Part shown: positions 16,494 to 20,000 of the stretch, piece by piece
Position numbering within the stretch: position 1 is the first letter of the stretch
Layout: each line of letters opens with the position of its first letter
Origin: an uncultured virus (IMG/VR IMGVR_UViG_3300037504_000331)
Lineage: Duplodnaviria; Heunggongvirae; Uroviricota; Caudoviricetes
Virus record (IMG/VR): IMGVR_UViG_3300037504_000331
DNA length: 20,000 nucleotides
Direction: 5' to 3' (one strand)
The notes under the pieces: generated by a model
Told to the model about the DNA's origin: nothing
What the model saw: the letters and a program-made list of their open reading frames with translations, nothing else
Database searches by the model: none
Translations under genes and position numbers: made by a program

Positions 16494-16550
16494 GCTGTCG
16501 TCTCCCGTTGTGAACGATGTCGGCTACCTGCCAACTATCGCCCAGATTTC

Positions 16551-16565
16551 TTAACAGAAGGTTAA
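16551..16565. promoter_or_regulatory. CtrA box TTAA-N7-TTAA
   Basis: TTAA CAGAAGG TTAA. Confidence 0.8.
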
Positions 16566-16801
16566 GACCGCGGGACCTTTTTGACCTCCTGGTCGACCAG
16601 CTCGGCGACGCCGTCGCGCGTCATCTCGAACTCGACCTCCTCGACCGTGACCAGCTCGGCCGCCTCTTTCGGGCCGTAGCCGCCGACCTCGACCAGATCG
16701 GTTTTCAGCTCTTTCGCGAGCCGTTGGGCGTCGCCCTTCTGGCCCCGGTATTGAACCGTGTCCTCGTCGCTCACCTTGTAAATCTTCCGGCTGCTCGCCA
16801 T
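16562..16801 (-). CDS. Small hypothetical protein
   Basis: AGGAGG RBS; stop lies in the CtrA box. Confidence 0.75.
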   Translation of the reverse strand: MASSRKIYKVSDEDTVQYRGQKGDAQRLAKELKTDLVEVGGYGPKEAAELVTVEEVEFEMTRDGVAELVDQEVKKVPRS

Positions 16802-16821
16802 GGTCTGTCGCCCCTCCTGTG

Positions 16822-16857
16822 GGCAGATGGGTAGTACGTTGGCGGATGGGGTGTACG
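16822..16857 (-). repeat. Tandem pair of the 17-bp element
   Basis: Plus strand GGCAGATGGGTAGTACG tt GGCGGATGGGGTGTACG. Confidence 0.9.
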
Positions 16858-16865
16858 TCGGCCGG

Positions 16866-17564
16866 CTAGACTGCCAGCCCGACGCAAGCGCGGATGTAGC
16901 GGCGGATGCGGCGCATGTCCGTCCCGTCCAGCCGGCCGCCGCGACGGTCCACCTCGCGCATGAAATAGTACACGCCGGTCTCTGTCAGTCCAGAGTTGCG
17001 CAGGGCGAGCGCGTACATCGTGCGATGGATATAGCAGGATTCCAGCCAATCCATCATGACGTGCTCGCCCACGACGCCGATAACCCACGGGTCGCCGCCG
17101 GACTCTTCGGCCGTGGGCAGGCCGCGCTTGCGGTACTCCCGGCAGTAGCGGTCGATCAGGCGATGCAGCCGCTTGTTCGCCTCGGGGCCCTGGTCCGGAT
17201 AGACGGCGCCGCGCGGGCCGACTCGGATGGATTGCAGGAACGGCCAGTCGCCGTCGGGGGTGCTGAGATGAATCTGACCCTGCCGCGTGTAGACCGTATA
17301 GCCGGCGGGAAGCCAGCCATTCATGCGGTCGCGCGTGGTCATGGTATTCCAGCCGCCCGTGTCGAGCATGAATCCGCCGTCGGGATAGAGCGTGACCACG
17401 TCGGTGCCGTGGAGGCGGATGCGGCGCTCGCCGTCGGCCATGGTGTAGTCGAGGGTGTTCCGGGCCGCCATGCGCGCCTTCTCCGGCCGAGCCGGCAGGC
17501 TCGCCAGCATGTCGCGCTTGTTCATACGGTCGCGGCCGTGGACTGCGAAAGCTCCGAAGGACAT
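16866..17564 (-). CDS. Conserved phage hypothetical protein (LHGT..GGW.T.TTR.R.N motif)
   Basis: ACGGGAGAC RBS; motif recalled from phage early-region hypotheticals. Confidence 0.75.
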   Translation of the reverse strand: MSFGAFAVHGRDRMNKRDMLASLPARPEKARMAARNTLDYTMADGERRIRLHGTDVVTLYPDGGFMLDTGGWNTMTTRDRMNGWLPAGYTVYTRQGQIHLSTPDGDWPFLQSIRVGPRGAVYPDQGPEANKRLHRLIDRYCREYRKRGLPTAEESGGDPWVIGVVGEHVMMDWLESCYIHRTMYALALRNSGLTETGVYYFMREVDRRGGRLDGTDMRRIRRYIRACVGLAV

Positions 17565-17614
17565 GATTTGGTCTCCCGTTGGGTTGAACGTCTGGGCAGT
17601 GTGCCGGAGCCGGC

Positions 17615-17629
17615 TTAACAGAGGGTTAA
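17615..17629. promoter_or_regulatory. CtrA box TTAA-N7-TTAA
   Basis: TTAA CAGAGGG TTAA. Confidence 0.8.
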
Positions 17630-18168
17630 GACCGCTCGTTTTCCCAGGCTCGAATCTCGTCCGTGATTCCCTGGATAGTCCGCTTGTCTACCCAATCGTT
17701 TTCCAGGTATCGAGCCGCGACGATGCTCAGGCATGTGGCGGATCGCTTGCACGGGTCCTCTTGAAACCATTCCTGAGCCTCGACCAGCTCGACCTCATAT
17801 CCGCGCCCGCGCCTGTACGCGTCGCGCAACCCTTCCATGGCGGACGCCACGGAGTCCGGGTACAGGTCCAGCGCTTGCTTGATCGCTTCCATGAGGGCTG
17901 GCGCCTGCCAGATGTCCGCGCCCTCATAGATGCGTGCGCGGGGCGACTCATCCTCGATAGCTTCCCGGCGCCGGACGACCTCTTCGGCGTCATCGTCGGG
18001 GTCCAGGGCCATGTCATCGCCGATCATGGACTCGACGCAACGCTTGATCGCGTGGTCCTGGTCGATTGCCTCGCCGGCCCAGGCATAGTCGCCTTCATCG
18101 CGGCCGGGCCAATCGTGGACGATGCTGAAAACCTTCAGCTCGGTCGGGGTCTCGGATTCGTTCGCCAT
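17626..18168 (-). CDS. Acidic hypothetical protein
   Basis: ACGGGAGACGAAC RBS; stop lies in the CtrA box. Confidence 0.78.
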   Translation of the reverse strand: MANESETPTELKVFSIVHDWPGRDEGDYAWAGEAIDQDHAIKRCVESMIGDDMALDPDDDAEEVVRRREAIEDESPRARIYEGADIWQAPALMEAIKQALDLYPDSVASAMEGLRDAYRRGRGYEVELVEAQEWFQEDPCKRSATCLSIVAARYLENDWVDKRTIQGITDEIRAWENERS

Positions 18169-18182
18169 GTTCGTCTCCCGTG

Positions 18183-18218
18183 GGCAGATGGATAGTACGT
18201 CGGCAGATCGTATGTACG
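18183..18218 (-). repeat. Tandem pair of the 17-bp element
   Basis: Plus strand GGCAGATGGATAGTACG tc GGCAGATCGTATGTACG. Confidence 0.9.
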
Positions 18219-18223
18219 CCGGG

Positions 18224-18238
18224 TTAACAGAGGGTTAA
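18224..18238. promoter_or_regulatory. CtrA box TTAA-N7-TTAA
   Basis: TTAA CAGAGGG TTAA. Confidence 0.8.
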
Positions 18239-18465
18239 GACCGCGGCATGTTCGTGAGCGGGGCCGCCGGGCCGCCGAACCGGGGCCCCGGCCGGCGGAT
18301 GCTGCGAATGCGCAGGTATTCTCCGTCAACCTTCACGTCATACCAGACCGCGACCTTGCGGGCCGCCGCCTCGGCCGAGCGGGCGCGTACGTTCATAACG
18401 CGCGGGCCCGTCGGATGCTGGTCTACCGGCCGGACGATGTCATAATTCACTTCCCAGACGGACAT
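18235..18465 (-). CDS. Small hypothetical protein
   Basis: TGATG coupling to the upstream HTH gene; stop lies in the CtrA box. Confidence 0.65.
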   Translation of the reverse strand: MSVWEVNYDIVRPVDQHPTGPRVMNVRARSAEAAARKVAVWYDVKVDGEYLRIRSIRRPGPRFGGPAAPLTNMPRS

Positions 18466-18617
18466 CACGTCGACTCCCGGAATGTGCGACCTGCCACGAT
18501 GTTGGCGATGACGCTAGCATGTACGCCGTAGCGCTGGGCCAACGTGGACTCGGGGACTCCGGCCGCCGCCTCCCGCCGGATGTCCCGCGCGTCCTCTATG
18601 GTGATCTTTCCGGACAT
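18465..18617 (-). CDS. Small stand-alone HTH protein, 50 aa
   Basis: Own translation MSGKITIEDARDIRREAAAGVPESTLAQRYGVHASVIANIVAGRTFREST; TGATG overlaps at both ends. Confidence 0.75.
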   Translation of the reverse strand: MSGKITIEDARDIRREAAAGVPESTLAQRYGVHASVIANIVAGRTFREST

Positions 18618-18814
18618 CAGCCTTGCCCCGATTCGGAGACGTAGCGCGTGATCTGGGCCACGAATGCCTCGGCCCGATCATCGTTCGCGCATGGCAACCC
18701 AGCCGCTTCCAGGTGCCGACGGGCGGCCTTATACGCCGCGTCGATAGCGGCCTTCACGTTGGCGTCCGCCACCTGATAGACCATCGAATGATAAAAGCGG
18801 TCCTGTTCGTTCAT
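18617..18814 (-). CDS. Small hypothetical protein
   Basis: GGGAGG RBS directly after an element pair. Confidence 0.72.
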   Translation of the reverse strand: MNEQDRFYHSMVYQVADANVKAAIDAAYKAARRHLEAAGLPCANDDRAEAFVAQITRYVSESGQG

Positions 18815-18833
18815 CGGGTTCGCCCCTCCCGTG

Positions 18834-18869
18834 GGCAGATGGGTTGTACGTCGGCAGATCGTATGTACG
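18834..18869 (-). repeat. Tandem pair of the 17-bp element
   Basis: Plus strand GGCAGATGGGTTGTACG tc GGCAGATCGTATGTACG. Confidence 0.9.
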
Positions 18870-18878
18870 CCTGCCGGG

Positions 18879-18893
18879 TTAACAGGCGGTTAA
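18879..18893. promoter_or_regulatory. CtrA box TTAA-N7-TTAA
   Basis: TTAA CAGGCGG TTAA. Confidence 0.8.
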
Positions 18894-19066
18894 TCGTACT
18901 CGCCGTTCTGGGCGCCGTAGATCACCATTTCCGCCGCATCGGTCGCATCGTTCGCGATCCGGCGGGCCGCCGAGTCGGCGAACCCCTGAGACCGGAGACC
19001 TTGGCGGATAGCTTGGCGCAACTCCACGTCGCGCAACTCGCTTGCGGCTTTCTTTTCCGTCGGCAT
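18890..19066 (-). CDS. Small hypothetical protein, 58 aa
   Basis: Own translation MPTEKKAASELRDVELRQAIRQGLRSQGFADSAARRIANDATDAAEMVIYGAQNGEYD; AAGGAG RBS; stop lies in the CtrA box. Confidence 0.72.
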   Translation of the reverse strand: MPTEKKAASELRDVELRQAIRQGLRSQGFADSAARRIANDATDAAEMVIYGAQNGEYD

Positions 19067-19083
19067 GGTCGACTCCTTTCGTG

Positions 19084-19123
19084 GGCAGATGGGTTGTACG
19101 CTCTAGGGCAGATCGCCTGTACG
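19084..19123 (-). repeat. Tandem pair of the 17-bp element
   Basis: Plus strand GGCAGATGGGTTGTACG ctctag GGCAGATCGCCTGTACG. Confidence 0.9.
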
Positions 19124-19124
19124 C

Positions 19125-19604
19125 TTAGGGCTTGCCCGTGCGCTTGCTCGACTCCGAGATGCGTGCGGCCTTGCGCGCGTCGCGCTCCCGCTTGCGCCGG
19201 GCGGCCCGATTCGAGGGGCCCCGGGTATCCTCCCCCGTACCCTCCCCCTGGTCTCGGAACGGGGAGCGGTCGCCTAGGGCCCTATCGGCGAACATCGCCA
19301 TGGGGCCCTGAGCGGACACGGGGAGCGTGGACACGGGGAAGCCTAGGGGCGGGCCCGCCGCATGCGCGGACGCCATGACATGGGCGATATGCGCGGCCCC
19401 CACGGGCCCCGCCGCAAGGGCGACGGTCTCAGGGGCCGCCATGCGGTCTAAGGCCGCTTGTGCGCGCTCTACGTCCGCGCGATACCCGTCTAGCATTTCC
19501 TGGTCTTCCGGGTTATCGCTCGCCTCCCGTTCGGCGATTGCCTCCCGGGCCAGATTCACGGCCGTTTGCAGCGCTCGCACGTTCGACTCGTTCGGATTTT
19601 CCAT
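19125..19604 (-). CDS. Hypothetical protein, first gene of the early array
   Basis: AAGGAG RBS before MENPNES (19604); the longer ORF-track start merely reads through the repeats. Confidence 0.72.
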   Translation of the reverse strand: MENPNESNVRALQTAVNLAREAIAEREASDNPEDQEMLDGYRADVERAQAALDRMAAPETVALAAGPVGAAHIAHVMASAHAAGPPLGFPVSTLPVSAQGPMAMFADRALGDRSPFRDQGEGTGEDTRGPSNRAARRKRERDARKAARISESSKRTGKP

Positions 19605-19625
19605 CGCTCGACTCCTTTTCGCGTT

Positions 19626-19706
19626 GACAGATCGCATGTACGCCCGGGCAGATCGCCTGTACGCCATGGCAGATCGCATGTACGCCCGGGCAGATCGCAT
19701 GTACGC
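19626..19706 (-). repeat. Four tandem copies of the element with a 21-bp period
   Basis: G(G/A)CAGATCGC(A/C)TGTACGC at 19626, 19647, 19668 and 19689. Confidence 0.95.
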
Positions 19707-19712
19707 TTTGCC

Positions 19713-19877
19713 TCAAATCAATCTCAAATTCGTGACGCATTCGCCTCAAATCCAATTCAAAACTAGATCAAATTCAATTCAAATTCGCATCAAATTCGCG
19801 TCGCCTTTGCTTCAAAACTAGATCAAATCCCAACTAAATTTGTCTTAAACCCGTGTCGCATTTGCCTCAAATGCCGG
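19713..19877. repeat. Degenerate 11-bp tandem array, 15 units, phased TCAAA tracts
   Basis: TCAAA at 19713, 19724, 19746, 19757, 19768, 19779, 19790, 19812, 19823 and 19867; CTAAA at 19834, TTAAA at 19845; (A/T)CGC variant units at 19735, 19801 and 19856. Confidence 0.92.
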
Positions 19878-20000
19878 ACGGGGGCGGGAGGGCCCGGGGA
19901 CACGGGAGCAACCCCGGACCCTCCCCAACGGTCGCGCACGTCCGGGAGCTACGCCGCGACCGTCGACTCGTACATATCCGGGCGCGTTGCCTCTAGGGCC

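Larger units (their letters stand above)
1..20000. mobile_element. Segment of a dsDNA phage/prophage genome, probable alphaproteobacterial host
   Basis: Dense co-oriented small ORFs with ATGA/TGATG overlaps; phage-type replication and nucleotide-metabolism genes; Ocr-like gene; GapR homolog and CtrA boxes point to Alphaproteobacteria. Confidence 0.9.

Noticed and set aside
15483..18893. Linkers as integron attC sites (stop codon within TAAC)
   Set aside because: RYYYAAC fits only one of five sites, there is no distal GTTRRRY or long imperfect palindrome, and no integrase is present; TTAA-N7-TTAA explains the pattern better.
19605..19700. N-terminal MRSARAY peptide repeats of ORF 19125-19700
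   Set aside because: Artefact of reading through the 21-bp DNA repeats; the RBS supports the start at 19604.
13894..19706. Repeats as a CRISPR or mini-CRISPR array
   Set aside because: Units are 17 bp and degenerate, separated by 2-6 bp or by whole genes rather than unique 30-40 bp spacers; no cas genes.

Overview
This GC-rich window looks like part of a tailed dsDNA phage genome (or prophage) of an alphaproteobacterium; the host inference rests on a GapR/DUF2312 gene and five perfect CtrA boxes. No structural, lysis or integrase genes are visible. From 1 to 6.6 kb is a DNA-metabolism module (SNF2-type helicase, dCMP deaminase, thymidylate synthase, HNH endonuclease) transcribed divergently from an HTH gene and a Prim-Pol/helicase. 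From 6.7 to 13.9 kb are minus-strand genes for an HTH-GapR fusion, a DNA methyltransferase, RNase H, an orphan OmpR-type winged helix and a motor-only FtsK. From 13.9 to 19.6 kb is an early-type array of small minus-strand genes that includes an Ocr-like protein. The main signal is non-coding. (1) About 22 same-orientation copies of a 17-bp bipartite element (minus strand CGTAC-N5-ATCYGCC) sit mostly as tandem pairs between a stop codon and the next RBS. (2) Five TTAA-N7-TTAA CtrA boxes each use their first half-site as the upstream gene's stop codon. (3) Four sigma70-like promoters share an extended TTGACAGGAGGG(A/C)CC(A/G)C block. (4) A 15-unit array with an exact 11-bp TCAAA period lies at the right end. 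Together these suggest a cassette-like early region wired to the host cell-cycle regulator and to a phage-specific operator. Family assignments were made by eye from motifs; no database search was run.
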